Shown piece after piece: positions 39,019 to 51,249 of a stretch of DNA of 53,312 bases (positions within the stretch are counted from its first letter, which is position 1; every line of letters begins with the position of its first letter). A program made the translations under genes and the position numbers. The notes beneath the pieces are model-generated. The model did no database searches. It was not told the DNA's origin and saw only the letters and a program-made list of their open reading frames with translations. Origin of the DNA: Candidatus Altiarchaeales archaeon (GTDB taxonomy: Archaea > Altiarchaeota > Altiarchaeia > IMC4 > QMZM01); contig CAVVMY010000002.1 of assembly GCA_963749405.1 (NCBI GenBank), forward strand, positions 1-53,312. The letters run 5' to 3'.

Positions 39019-40143
39019 ATGTTTGATAGCATCTACAGCAGCCTTACGCGGAGAGTTCCGTACAAGTTATTGATTCTTGTGCCTATCCTTTTATCAGTCT
39101 TGGCCCTGCTCGTGATATACTTCAACGGCATGCCTCTGGGTATCGACTTCAAAGGCGGGACATTGATCGAGTTGACTACGGATAATAACGTGGATGCGCA
39201 GGAGATCGCGAGCCTGTCTTCCGATCTCTCGGTGTTGAAGTTGGAAGACCTTGTGGTGTCTTCTGGAAAAGATTTGGAGACCGGGAAGAACAAGGTTTCC
39301 ATATCAACTACCTCGGTCATAGGTGTGGGCAATGTAAGCGGTATTCTGCAAAAATACTTCGGGGATCTTCATGAGTTCGATGAGGCGACGGCGGTGTTGT
39401 CGCAGAAGCCTCCGGATGACCTGCGTGACCGTCTTTCTTCAAGGCTTAAGGAGAGGGTTGATGTGCAGTATGATGCGGTGTCTAAGACTATTACAGTAAC
39501 TGCGATGGATTTGGATAAGGCGGAGTTGGACAGTGCTCTTACGTATTATCTTGGCGAGGATGTTTCTGTGCAGTTGTCAAAGAAGAACCTTAATATCAAT
39601 GCCATGCAGCCTACCCTGGGTGAGAAGCTGCGCAGCGATGGATTGAAAGCAGCCATCGTCGGCTACATATTGATGGTCATGGTCATATTGCTGGCTTTCA
39701 GGGACGTGGTGCCGTCTTTTGCGGTACTGTTGTCTGCTACCTGTGATGCCGTGATTGCTATGGGTTTTATGAGTATTTTTGGTATTGTCATGGAGCCTGC
39801 GTCGCTTGTTGCATTGGTTATGCTTATCGGTTATTCAGTGGATACGGATATTCTGCTCACTACGCGTATGCTTAAGAGGAGGAAGGGAGAGATTAATGAA
39901 GCGGTTGACGGGGCTGTGAAGACCGGGTTGACCATGACAGGCACTACTTTTGTCGTGATGCTGGTCGTCCTCATCGTGTCTGAGTTGTTCACGCATCTCT
40001 CTGCTCTTACAAGCATTGCCTCTGTCCTGCTCTTGGGCCTGCTTGCCGACGTCTTCAGTACATGGTTTATGAATGCCGGCATATTGAAGTGGTATCTGGA
40101 GGAGAAGGGCGGCACATTGGGCTTGTTCAAGAAGAGGAGATAG
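39019..40143 (+). CDS. secF: Protein translocase subunit SecF
   Basis: LGIDFKGGT, LMLIGYSVDTDILLTTR, TWFMNAGIL. Confidence 0.93.
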   Translation: MFDSIYSSLTRRVPYKLLILVPILLSVLALLVIYFNGMPLGIDFKGGTLIELTTDNNVDAQEIASLSSDLSVLKLEDLVVSSGKDLETGKNKVSISTTSVIGVGNVSGILQKYFGDLHEFDEATAVLSQKPPDDLRDRLSSRLKERVDVQYDAVSKTITVTAMDLDKAELDSALTYYLGEDVSVQLSKKNLNINAMQPTLGEKLRSDGLKAAIVGYILMVMVILLAFRDVVPSFAVLLSATCDAVIAMGFMSIFGIVMEPASLVALVMLIGYSVDTDILLTTRMLKRRKGEINEAVDGAVKTGLTMTGTTFVVMLVVLIVSELFTHLSALTSIASVLLLGLLADVFSTWFMNAGILKWYLEEKGGTLGLFKKRR

Positions 40144-40157
40144 TCTTTCAAGAAAAC

Positions 40158-41789
40158 ATGGATCACGTCAAAAATCTTTCAAGGAGTATAAGGGTTTGGG
40201 TGCTGATAGTATGCGTCCTGTTTTCCATACTTCTCGTATGTAATGTCATAAGCTTTAATGCGCGTAACAGGGATAAGGGCTGGGGCGTGGGCAATGGCCT
40301 GTCTTATGGGATAGACTTTGCCGGTGGGACTGAGCTTTGGCTGAAACTCGAGCATAATGTTTCTTCGGATGTCATGACTATCGAGAAAGGTGTCCTTGAG
40401 AACCGGCTGAACCAGTTCGGTTTAAAGGACATTCCTGTGAGCGTCTACGGGGATCAGTATATTATTGTACAGCTTTCGAATGCTTCTGCGATGGATATAC
40501 AGCAGATAGAGGATATATTGAAGCAGCAGGCTCATTTCGAGGAGCGTATTGACGGCGAGCTTGCGGTTCAGGGTTCGGAGATAAGCGTGGACATGAGTTC
40601 CCAGGGCTCGGGTGTTTATGCTACCGGCAACGGTGTATATGGCTGGTTTGTAGGCCTTAAGCTGGACCAGGATGGAGCATGCCGTTTCGGAAAAGTGGCG
40701 CAGGGTAAGTTCTTTGGTGTGGACAATCCAAAGAACCGGCCTGTTGATCTATTCATTGACAGGCCGCAGAATACGACTATTCTCATGTCTTCCAAGCTTT
40801 ACGGCCTCATGGGCAACACAACCTCCTCAGGCCAGAACAGCGAAGACATATACTACGGAGACACCGCGCTAAAAGTCATAGTAAACCGCTCAGACATACC
40901 TATAATAGTATATACAGGAGACGACAACCAGACGCTTGAAGATTTCAAGACCTATCAGGCCATGGGCTATTCAAAGACAATAATCGCAGAGGACAATACC
41001 AAGATATCCGACAGACTGGAGAACATGGTGCAGGACCTGGGAATAGATACGCAGAGGATGGACATAGGCAATAGCAGCATAGATGCCTGGATAATGCAGG
41101 TAACCGGCTTGAAGACCACGCCGAGGCTCAACTTCGACACAAAAGGAGACTGTGTGTATTCCGCCGAGATAACAGGAAGCGCAAAAAGCCAGGAAGCAGC
41201 AGACAATGAGGTCCTGCAGAACAAAGTCTGGCTGACCTCAGGCAATCTGCCTGAGAAGGCTTCCGTGGATTCCAAATCCACAATCCCCGCATCCCTTGGA
41301 GCACAGTTCCTAAGATACAGCCTGCTTACAGGAATCATCGGAGTATTAAGCGTTTCACTGGTGATATTCGTACGTTACCGAAAACTTTTCATAGTAGTAC
41401 CTGTGATGATCACAGGCTTCTCCGAAATAATAATAGTACTCGGCCTTGCCTCGATGATAGGCTGGGAAATAGACCTACCGGCGATCGCAGGCATCATAGC
41501 GGCAGTAGGCACAGGAGTCGACAACCAGATAGTCATAACAGATGAGACTATCTCTTCCCAAGGGCAGGCAAGGAAGGCGGCAAGCGTTGCGGAAAGGATC
41601 AGGAGGGCGTTTTTCATAATCTTCACATCCGCTGCAACGATCGTTGCGGTCATGCTCCCGCTCATGACGTTCGTCGCAGGCATGCTAAAAGGATTCGCGC
41701 TCACAACGATACTCGGCGTATTGATCGGCGTATTCATCACTCGGCCGGCATATGCCAAGATCATTGAGGAGTTGCTTAAGAGGGATTGA
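40158..41789 (+). CDS. secD: Protein translocase subunit SecD
   Basis: GIDFAGG, RLNQFGLKD, IAAVGTGVDNQIVITDE, GFALTT, TRPAYA; start at ATG 40158. Confidence 0.93.
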   Translation: MDHVKNLSRSIRVWVLIVCVLFSILLVCNVISFNARNRDKGWGVGNGLSYGIDFAGGTELWLKLEHNVSSDVMTIEKGVLENRLNQFGLKDIPVSVYGDQYIIVQLSNASAMDIQQIEDILKQQAHFEERIDGELAVQGSEISVDMSSQGSGVYATGNGVYGWFVGLKLDQDGACRFGKVAQGKFFGVDNPKNRPVDLFIDRPQNTTILMSSKLYGLMGNTTSSGQNSEDIYYGDTALKVIVNRSDIPIIVYTGDDNQTLEDFKTYQAMGYSKTIIAEDNTKISDRLENMVQDLGIDTQRMDIGNSSIDAWIMQVTGLKTTPRLNFDTKGDCVYSAEITGSAKSQEAADNEVLQNKVWLTSGNLPEKASVDSKSTIPASLGAQFLRYSLLTGIIGVLSVSLVIFVRYRKLFIVVPVMITGFSEIIIVLGLASMIGWEIDLPAIAGIIAAVGTGVDNQIVITDETISSQGQARKAASVAERIRRAFFIIFTSAATIVAVMLPLMTFVAGMLKGFALTTILGVLIGVFITRPAYAKIIEELLKRD

Positions 41790-42012
41790 TGTTTGGGATT
41801 GTTTTGGGGTTTGATTTGGCTTCTTTGCAATCCCTATCTGGGTAATTGCTGTTGCATCCCCAATGCATTGAATAATGTTCAATATAATTCAAATACATCA
41901 ATCTGGAAGGCGATTACATAGACACAATATTTAGAACATTATCCAAAAAAATGTTATCCCTATTTTTAAATACGAAGTATAAAATTTTATACAGTTTTCC
42001 TTAGGTGAATAA

Positions 42013-42324
42013 ATGGAAGAAATCGAGCACATCAAAAAAATCGAGGAAGAAGTTACAAATCATGTCGAAAAGGCGCGGATAAAAGCAGAAAAAAAAGTAA
42101 GCGAGGCAAAGATGCTCCGGGAAAAGTCCATAGCAGAAAAGGTATCCGAAGCTAACGCTTACATGGACAAGCAGGCAAAGCGCGTCAAAGAAGATGCGGA
42201 AAAGGAAGCGGCGGAAATACTAAAGGGCACAGGCAGCGAAAAGAAAGCAATAGAGACCGTAGCCGGCAAGAATCTTGATGCAGCAAGTGAACTGATAGTG
42301 TCCGAGTTTAAGAACATAAAATAA
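42013..42324 (+). CDS. atpH: A-type ATP synthase subunit H (G)
   Basis: Short charged coiled-coil protein (IKKIEEE...AEKEA) heading the operon. Confidence 0.75.
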   Translation: MEEIEHIKKIEEEVTNHVEKARIKAEKKVSEAKMLREKSIAEKVSEANAYMDKQAKRVKEDAEKEAAEILKGTGSEKKAIETVAGKNLDAASELIVSEFKNIK

Positions 42325-42334
42325 GAAAACAAAA

Positions 42335-43408
42335 ATGAGCTTTCAACGTTCATCTAACCCCTTAAGCGAACTGAAACAGACTATCAACTACTCTTATCCC
42401 AACACCCGCGTAATGGCTTGGAAGAGCTTCATCCTGAAAGACGAAGACATAAAGGCGCTGGCTTCTGCAAAAAACCTTGGGGAATACATCGGCCTATTGG
42501 AGCACACAGCATACAAACAGGAGATGAGTAGGATAGCCAAGACCGACATAAACTCCTTGGAAGACATGCTGTCGTCCAACTATATAAGGCTTGGCGAGAT
42601 GTCCCGCAGGATAGCTCCTAAGAACACCAGGGAATTCTTTGACGCTTTTCTCTCAGTCCACGAAATATACCTGCTTAAAAGGATCCTGAATCGCTTTGAG
42701 GGGGGCTTTGACGGTAAAAATCTGAACATAGACTATACAGTGTACCTGCCTGTTATCAGCTCTGATATGAGAAGCGTCCTGAAGGACGTGGCAGATGCCA
42801 AGACCAAGGCCGACGTGATAGACCTGCTGAAAAAAACAAGATACGGTTTCCTTGGCAGCCTCTCATCTGAAGAACTCAAAATATCCGGCTATGCGTCGTC
42901 CCTTTTGGACAGGTATTATCTGCAAACGCTTTGGGACGCGGTTGGGACACTCTCGGCCAGGGATGCTTCATGCGTTAGGGACCTTATAGGAAAAGAAATA
43001 GACACTGCGAACATAATGGTCATGCTGCGCGCAAAGCAGGGCCGCTATAAGGCAGATAAATTCCTTGTACCTGTCAGCTTCCGCCTGGGTGACAAGCTTA
43101 AAACGCTGGCAGGTAAGGAACCTCATGAGATAGTATCTGCCCTGTCCGCTACTCCTTATGGCGGATTGCTCTCGGAGGCATTGAAGTCCTATGAGAAGAG
43201 CGCATCTCTTCTGAGTTTTGAGACTGCTTTCAGGAAATACATGCTTGAAGAATACAAAAGAGCATTCAAGGGAAGCATGTTCAACATCGGGGTAATCTAC
43301 GGCTTCCTAAAGCTGAGGGAATATGAGCTTGCGAACCTGAGGCTTATAGGCGTCTCGGTGGATAACAGATCAGACCCCAAGGATATCATAGAGCTGGTGA
43401 TAGCATGA
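42335..43408 (+). CDS. atpC: A-type ATP synthase subunit C
   Basis: YSYPNTRV, EIDTANI, REYELANLRLI. Confidence 0.9.
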   Translation: MSFQRSSNPLSELKQTINYSYPNTRVMAWKSFILKDEDIKALASAKNLGEYIGLLEHTAYKQEMSRIAKTDINSLEDMLSSNYIRLGEMSRRIAPKNTREFFDAFLSVHEIYLLKRILNRFEGGFDGKNLNIDYTVYLPVISSDMRSVLKDVADAKTKADVIDLLKKTRYGFLGSLSSEELKISGYASSLLDRYYLQTLWDAVGTLSARDASCVRDLIGKEIDTANIMVMLRAKQGRYKADKFLVPVSFRLGDKLKTLAGKEPHEIVSALSATPYGGLLSEALKSYEKSASLLSFETAFRKYMLEEYKRAFKGSMFNIGVIYGFLKLREYELANLRLIGVSVDNRSDPKDIIELVIA

Positions 43409-43959
43409 CCGCAAATCTCGACAAAATCGAAAAAAAGATCAGGGGCGCAGGGGAAAAAGAAGTTGATACATTGGAGAAAGAGGCAGACGGCAAGATCGCA
43501 GTGATAAAAAATGAGATAAAAGAGGATGCGCAGAGGGCTTATGATGCGGTGTTGGAGGAGCGGAAAAAGGAATTGGAGCTTATCCCGAGGAGGATTCTGT
43601 CCGATGCCCGTATGGAACGCAAAAAGGAGACTGATTCTGTGAAGGCTTTGATGGTTGAGAAAGCCTTTGAGGGTGCCAAGAGCGCAATTCTTGCCATGAG
43701 CAAGAAAGACAAGACCAGGGTGCTGAAGATGCTCGCAGACAATGCTTCACAGCAGATAACCGATCCTGTTGTTTATGTGGACAAGCAGTATTCTGACTTG
43801 TTGGATGGTGCGACAGTAGAAGACATCGGGGATTTCGGGGTTATTGTTCGGAGCGGCGATGGGGCCATCAGTGTCGACAATACTTTGAATGCTATCATGA
43901 ACAGGTTTGACCTGAGCCTTAAGCCGGCTATAGTGAAGGTCTTGTTCAAAGAGGTTTAA
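43405..43959 (+). CDS. atpE: A-type ATP synthase subunit E
   Basis: N-terminal coiled coil; GVIVRSGDGAISVDNTL...LF. Confidence 0.88.
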   Translation: MTANLDKIEKKIRGAGEKEVDTLEKEADGKIAVIKNEIKEDAQRAYDAVLEERKKELELIPRRILSDARMERKKETDSVKALMVEKAFEGAKSAILAMSKKDKTRVLKMLADNASQQITDPVVYVDKQYSDLLDGATVEDIGDFGVIVRSGDGAISVDNTLNAIMNRFDLSLKPAIVKVLFKEV

Positions 43960-43963
43960 AAAA

Positions 43964-44251
43964 ATGTTTCTTGTGGCAGACAGGCTGACTGTTACGGGTT
44001 TTCGCCTTGGGGGCTTGAAGAATGTTTTCGTGGCAGACAAGGATACCGTAGGCAGCGTCCTGCTTGAGGTCAGCGACAAGGCTAAGATAATCCTTGTGAC
44101 AACCAGCCTTGCAGCGGGCGCGCAGAAGGAGATTTCCAAGCTGCGCAAGGCAAGCAAGGTCATAATCGAGATACCTGATCGTTCCGGTGCCGGTCAGGAT
44201 TTCGTTTCCAAGATGATAAGAGACGTTATCGGTTTCGAATTAAAAAAATAA
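43964..44251 (+). CDS. atpF: A-type ATP synthase subunit F
   Basis: [25 protein letters not shown]. Confidence 0.92.
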   Translation: MFLVADRLTVTGFRLGGLKNVFVADKDTVGSVLLEVSDKAKIILVTTSLAAGAQKEISKLRKASKVIIEIPDRSGAGQDFVSKMIRDVIGFELKK

Positions 44252-44274
44252 AAAAGAACTTTTTGAGATCAAAA

Positions 44275-46015
<1,741 letters not shown>

Positions 46016-46029
46016 AACAGGTGAGTCAA

Positions 46030-47426
46030 ATGGTCATGGAGTATAAAAGCATTATATGGGTCGCAGGCCCGCTGATGGTCGTAGACAAAGTAAAGAACGT
46101 CATGTACAACGAAGTAGTAGAGATAGAGACCGGCGACAGGAGAACAGCAAGACAGGCCAGGTACTTGACGCGATGCTCGACAAAGCAGTCGTACAAGTAT
46201 TCGAAGGAACCTCAAACCTCGACACAAGAGACACAAAAGCAAGATTCCTCGGAGAAACCATGAAGATCGCAGTCTCAGCAGACATGCTGGGAAGAATCTT
46301 CGACGGAGCAGGCAGACCCAAAGACGGCCTACCCCCGGTCGTTCCAGAAGACAGACTGGACATCAACGGATACCCGATGAACCCAGCCGCAAGAGAGTTC
46401 CCAAGAGAATTCATCCAGACAGGCGTTTCCGCAATAGACGCCATGAACACCCTCGTAAGAGGACAGAAACTGCCGATATTCTCAGCCGCAGGGCTCCCGC
46501 ACAACGAACTAGCAGCACAGATAGCAAGACAGGCAAGAGTCCTCGGAAAAGAAGAAGAATTCGCAGTCGTGTTCGCAGCAATGGGCATAACAGCAGGAGA
46601 AGCCATGTTCTTCAGAAAAGACTTCGAAAGAACAGGCGCACTAGAAAGAATAGTCTCATTCATCAACCTCGCAGACGACCCAACGATCGAAAGAATCATC
46701 ACCCCAAGGCTTGCCCTAACCACAGCAGAATACCTCGCATTCGAGAAAGGCATGAACGTCCTAGTCATACTGACAGACATGACCAACTACTGCGAAGCAC
46801 TCAGGGAAATCTCATCCGCAAGAGAAGAAGTCCCAGGCAGAAGAGGATACCCAGGCTACTTATACACCGATCTGTCCATGAGCTACGAACGCGCAGGAAG
46901 AATCGCAGGAAAAAAGGGAACAATCACACAGATACCAATCCTCACAATGCCAGGAGACGACATCACCCACCCAATCCCAGACCTGACAGGCTACATCACA
47001 GAAGGACAGATCGTCCTATCCAGGCAGCTGCACAGAAAAGGGGTATATCCCCCAATAGACGTCCTACCATGCCTGTCGCGTTTGATGAACCAGGGTATAG
47101 GGCCTGGCAAGACCCGTGAAGACCACAAAGACGTGTCGAACCAGATATATGCGGCATACGCAGAAGGAAGAGACCTAAGAGACCTGGTAGCCGTAGTCGG
47201 AGAAGAAGCCCTCACGGAAAGAGACCAGAAATTCCTGGAATTCTCAGAACGATTCGAGTCAGAATTCGTAAACCAGGACGCAGACGAAGACCGCGGCATA
47301 GAAGAAACCCTCGGAATCGGATGGGACCTCCTATCAGTCATACCAGAAAGAGACCTGAAAAGGATAAGCCCCAAATGGATAGAAAAATACTACCCAAAAC
47401 ATAAAAAGAAAGAAGAACAAAAATAA
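46030..47426 (+). CDS. atpB: A-type ATP synthase subunit B (frameshift near 46130-46150)
   Basis: [14 protein letters not shown] start after an AGGTGA SD; [40 protein letters not shown]. Confidence 0.95.
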
Positions 47427-47435
47427 AGAAAAAAA

Positions 47436-48077
47436 ATGGCAGAAATCATCGAAGGAGTCTCACCCACACGGATGGAACTCCTCGAAATGAACAAGAAAAT
47501 AAAACTAGCCAAGAAAGGCCACAAGCTACTCAAAGAAAAAAGAGACTCCCTAGTGACCGAGTTCTTCAGCGTAGTAGACAAGGCAAAAGGCTCAAGAGCC
47601 GCCCTCTCAAACACCATGAACAACGCATACCCGGACCTCATAGCCGCCGAAGCACTCATGGGAACAGCCAACGTAGAAGCAGTCTCGGAAAGCGCACCAA
47701 CAAAAGGAGAGATCAACATATCCTCAAAAAACGTCATGGGAGTCCGCATACCCCAGATACAGATATCAGAGCACAAAACAGAATCAGAAGAGAAAATAAG
47801 AGACTCCGCATACGCCTCATCCAAGCTCTACGACGCATCAGACAAATTCGACAAAGCATATATCGAACTGATAAGGCTTGCAGAAACCGAGGAAACCATA
47901 AGAAGACTAGGAGAAGAGATAAAAAAGACCAAGAGAAGAGTAAACTCCCTAGAATACATAATGATACCCCGGCTGGACGCAACCAAAAGATACATAACCT
48001 CAAGGCTTGAGGAAATGGAAAGAGAAAGCTTCTTTAGGCTGAAGATGGTCAAAAGAAAGAAACAAAGAGAGGCTTAG
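47436..48077 (+). CDS. atpD: A-type ATP synthase subunit D
   Basis: PTRMEL, GHKLLKEKRD, TKRRVNSLE, LEEMERE. Confidence 0.96.
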   Translation: MAEIIEGVSPTRMELLEMNKKIKLAKKGHKLLKEKRDSLVTEFFSVVDKAKGSRAALSNTMNNAYPDLIAAEALMGTANVEAVSESAPTKGEINISSKNVMGVRIPQIQISEHKTESEEKIRDSAYASSKLYDASDKFDKAYIELIRLAETEETIRRLGEEIKKTKRRVNSLEYIMIPRLDATKRYITSRLEEMERESFFRLKMVKRKKQREA

Positions 48078-48141
48078 AGACATCATATTTTAAACTTTGT
48101 TTTGTAAATAAATATAACTTAACGGAGGTGAACTAAGAAAA

Positions 48142-48381
48142 ATGGTTGACCCAATGGTAGAAGCAGCAAAATACATCGGAGCAGCGGCTTCCATAGGCCT
48201 CGCAGGCATAGGAGCCGGTATCGCTATTGCCGCAGCAGGGTCGGCAAGCATCGGCGCTATTGCAGAGAAGCCGGATTTATTCGGTAAGACGATGATATAC
48301 GTCGCCTTTGCCGAGGCTATAGCGATTTACGGTCTGCTGGTATCGCTTATATTGCTGTTCGTCGTCGGAGGAGGTGCGTAA
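48142..48381 (+). CDS. atpK: A-type ATP synthase proteolipid subunit K (c), single hairpin
   Basis: GAIAEKP loop; AEAIAIYGL with the ion-binding Glu; GGAGGTG SD. Confidence 0.95.
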   Translation: MVDPMVEAAKYIGAAASIGLAGIGAGIAIAAAGSASIGAIAEKPDLFGKTMIYVAFAEAIAIYGLLVSLILLFVVGGGA

Positions 48382-48459
48382 GGAAAAAATACGCTTGCGT
48401 CCCAACCCGACGGGGCGAACAGAAATTTTTTTATATACTTTATTTAAAAATTATAAAAA

Positions 48460-48741
48460 ATGATACTTTCAAGCCATTACGTAATAAAGGATATAATGCA
48501 TACAGTAAAAAAAGGAGACGTATCTGAGATAAGAAAGGCCTGCAATAAATACTGTACCAGATACAAGAACGACCAAGCATTGGTTTCTGTGTGCAATATC
48601 CTGACGGAATCCGAGGAATTGGAAGAAAAAGAGCAGGAAGAGATAATGATGAGGCTCCAGGACCTTTTAAGCGTTCGCAAGGTCGACAGCTCAGGCGGAA
48701 CAGGCCTGTGGTATACAGACCGCCGCAAATTAAACAGGTGA
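48460..48741 (+). CDS. Hypothetical protein
   Basis: 93-aa ORF with typical codon use lying between atpK and the CBS gene; the start may be ATG 48496. Confidence 0.65.
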   Translation: MILSSHYVIKDIMHTVKKGDVSEIRKACNKYCTRYKNDQALVSVCNILTESEELEEKEQEEIMMRLQDLLSVRKVDSSGGTGLWYTDRRKLNR

Positions 48742-48751
48742 TAACGTAAAA

Positions 48752-49165
48752 ATGCCAACAGTAGAAGACGTCATGACCAGAGGGATAATATCCATAGATG
48801 AAACAGCCTCCCTCGAAGAGGCTATGAAGACAATGGTAGAAAGACACGTAAGCTCTATCATCGTAAAGAAAAACAACGACGGCGACTGCTTCGGAATAGT
48901 CACAAGAAAAGACATAATCCAGGCAGTCATCGGCAGAGGCCAAGACCCAAAGAAACTAACCGTCTCGGATGTTATGACCAAGCCTGTGATGACCATAACC
49001 AAGCAGATGGACGTCATAGCCGCGGCAAAACTAATGGAAAAAACGCATGTCAGAAGGTTCCCGGTAGCCGACGGAGACAAGCTGGTAGGCATCATCTCCA
49101 ACAGCGACATATTCAGAGCCTATGTAATAGACAACATACTAGACAAGTCAAAGAAAAAAAAGTAA
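48752..49165 (+). CDS. Stand-alone CBS-pair protein
   Basis: VEDVMT...GIVTRKDI; VSDVMT...VGIISNSDI. Confidence 0.93.
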   Translation: MPTVEDVMTRGIISIDETASLEEAMKTMVERHVSSIIVKKNNDGDCFGIVTRKDIIQAVIGRGQDPKKLTVSDVMTKPVMTITKQMDVIAAAKLMEKTHVRRFPVADGDKLVGIISNSDIFRAYVIDNILDKSKKKK

Positions 49166-49172
49166 ATAGAAA

Positions 49173-51221
49173 ATGCTCAAGCCAGCGCAGATGAGTAAAC
49201 TAAGAGCCATAGTCCTAGACCAGTATCTAGAAGACGTAGTCAGGGAATTCTCCCGGCTTGGGAGCGTCCAAGTACTGGACGTGAGAAATTCACCCGAAGA
49301 GATAAAAAACCTCGAACCTGCGACAGACAACCCAGCACACGTCAAGTCCTCAGAACTCCTGGGCAGAGTCTACTACCTAATCGACGTCCTAGGCATCTCC
49401 GAAGAAAGAGACTTCTTCGGCTCACTGAAAAAGACACCCAAAAAGATTCTCTGGAAAGAAGACAAATCATCCAAACAACTCACAAAGGCAGAGGAACTCA
49501 TCTCAGAGATAGAAAAATCAGTCCTCAAAAAAGAAGACGACCTCGTAGCCCTGGGAGAAGAAGAAGCTACTCTACAGCCAAAAAAACAGGCACTTGAGTC
49601 ATTCCTCAGGCTTAACGTAAAAGCATCATGGCTTGGAGAATCGCATTTCCTGTACATGGCAGCCGGAGAAACGACACCAGAAGAACTGGACAAATTAGTC
49701 AATGCACTTGAAAAAGAAGGCATAGAGCATATCATAAAAGAGTCAAACCACGGCGAAAAAATATCCGTAGTGCTGCTCACACCAAGATCCTACAAGCAGG
49801 ACACAGACAGGATACTGGAAGCATACAACTTCGACAGATTCTCCATCGACAAAGAGAGCACCGCTAGCTCCCTGAAGGACATGCAGAAGAGACTTGACGA
49901 GATAACATCAGAGAAAAAACGCCTTGAAAAAGGGATGGAAGAAGACAAAAAGAAATACGCTGAAAAACTACTGGCCATCAGAGAGGTCGTCCAAATAGAA
50001 AAAGACATAGCAGAAGCATCCAGTATGAGCGCAAAAACCAGGAGAGTCTACATGCTGGAAGGCTGGGTCCCGGACAAAAAACTAGGCGAACTGCGCAAAC
50101 GGATAGAAGAAGCCTCAGAAGGACATTCACTGATAAAAATCATAAAACCCAAAAAAGGAGAAATCACACCCACAAAACTCGACAACCCAAAGATATTCCA
50201 GCCATTCGAAGTCCTGGTCGAGACATTCGGTATGCCGGCATACAAGGAACTAGACCCCACACCGATACTGGCAATCACATTCCCATTATTCTACGGACTA
50301 ATGTTCGGCGACCTGGGACACGGCCTCATACTCGCCCTGCTAGGCCTCCTCGTAGTCAAACTAGCCAAAACCACAAAAGGGGTGCGCAGCCTAGGCATCA
50401 TAATCATGGTATGCGGCCTCTTCTCCATGCTCTTCGGCTTAGTCTACGGCGAGATGTTCGGCATGAACGAAGCAGTCCAAGAAGAAACCCTGAACGGATT
50501 CCACCTAACGCCCCTCCTGACAAACGACATAGGAGGAACCATAAAAGCCCAGATAAACCCCATGGAGAACCCCATAAGCTTCCTACAACTCGCAGTCCTC
50601 ATAGGAGCAATACACATAGGCTCAGGCATGGTACTAGCACTAATCAACATGCTCAGAGAGAAAGAATATCTCGAAGCAATCGCGGTGCCGCTGCCTAAGA
50701 TATGGCTGTACTACGGCCTAGTCTACCTGTTCTACACTTACTGGATAGATTTCGCGAAATGGGGCGCCAACCTGCCGCTAGTCATACTTCTGGTACCAGT
50801 GCCCCTGCTACTGATAATACTATCCGAAGTGATAAAACACCTGCCCCACCTGGACATAGGCCACCTGCCGACTCTGATAGGCGAAGGAGCGTTCGAAGCC
50901 TTTGATACAGGCCTAAATTTCCTGTCAAACAGCATATCCTACAGCAGGATATTCGCACTAGCCCTCGTACACGGAGGACTATTCATAGCCCTCTTCCAAG
51001 TAGCCAAACTCTTCATAACCATACCAATAGTAGGCGCAATCATGTGGTTCTTGGTCATACTCGCAGGAACAGCCGGAATACTCGCACTGGAATCAATAAT
51101 CGTCTTCCTACACAGCCTCAGGCTACACTACTACGAATGGTTCACCAAATTCTACGCAGCAGACGGCACAAAATTCATGCCATTCAAAGCCCAAAGAACA
51201 TACACAAAACTCGAAGAATAG
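49173..51221 (+). CDS. atpI: A-type ATP synthase subunit I (a)
   Basis: EGWVP, PTKLDNP, ELDPT, MFGDLGHG, SYSRIFAL (essential Arg), LRLHYYEWFTKFY. Confidence 0.96.
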   Translation: MLKPAQMSKLRAIVLDQYLEDVVREFSRLGSVQVLDVRNSPEEIKNLEPATDNPAHVKSSELLGRVYYLIDVLGISEERDFFGSLKKTPKKILWKEDKSSKQLTKAEELISEIEKSVLKKEDDLVALGEEEATLQPKKQALESFLRLNVKASWLGESHFLYMAAGETTPEELDKLVNALEKEGIEHIIKESNHGEKISVVLLTPRSYKQDTDRILEAYNFDRFSIDKESTASSLKDMQKRLDEITSEKKRLEKGMEEDKKKYAEKLLAIREVVQIEKDIAEASSMSAKTRRVYMLEGWVPDKKLGELRKRIEEASEGHSLIKIIKPKKGEITPTKLDNPKIFQPFEVLVETFGMPAYKELDPTPILAITFPLFYGLMFGDLGHGLILALLGLLVVKLAKTTKGVRSLGIIIMVCGLFSMLFGLVYGEMFGMNEAVQEETLNGFHLTPLLTNDIGGTIKAQINPMENPISFLQLAVLIGAIHIGSGMVLALINMLREKEYLEAIAVPLPKIWLYYGLVYLFYTYWIDFAKWGANLPLVILLVPVPLLLIILSEVIKHLPHLDIGHLPTLIGEGAFEAFDTGLNFLSNSISYSRIFALALVHGGLFIALFQVAKLFITIPIVGAIMWFLVILAGTAGILALESIIVFLHSLRLHYYEWFTKFYAADGTKFMPFKAQRTYTKLEE

Positions 51222-51249
51222 AAGACAGAGCACTCTATCTACTCCTTTC

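Noticed and set aside
48385-48425. GC-rich patch after atpK as a tRNA or ncRNA
   Set aside because: Too short and no cloverleaf; at most a weak stem or terminator before a T-run.
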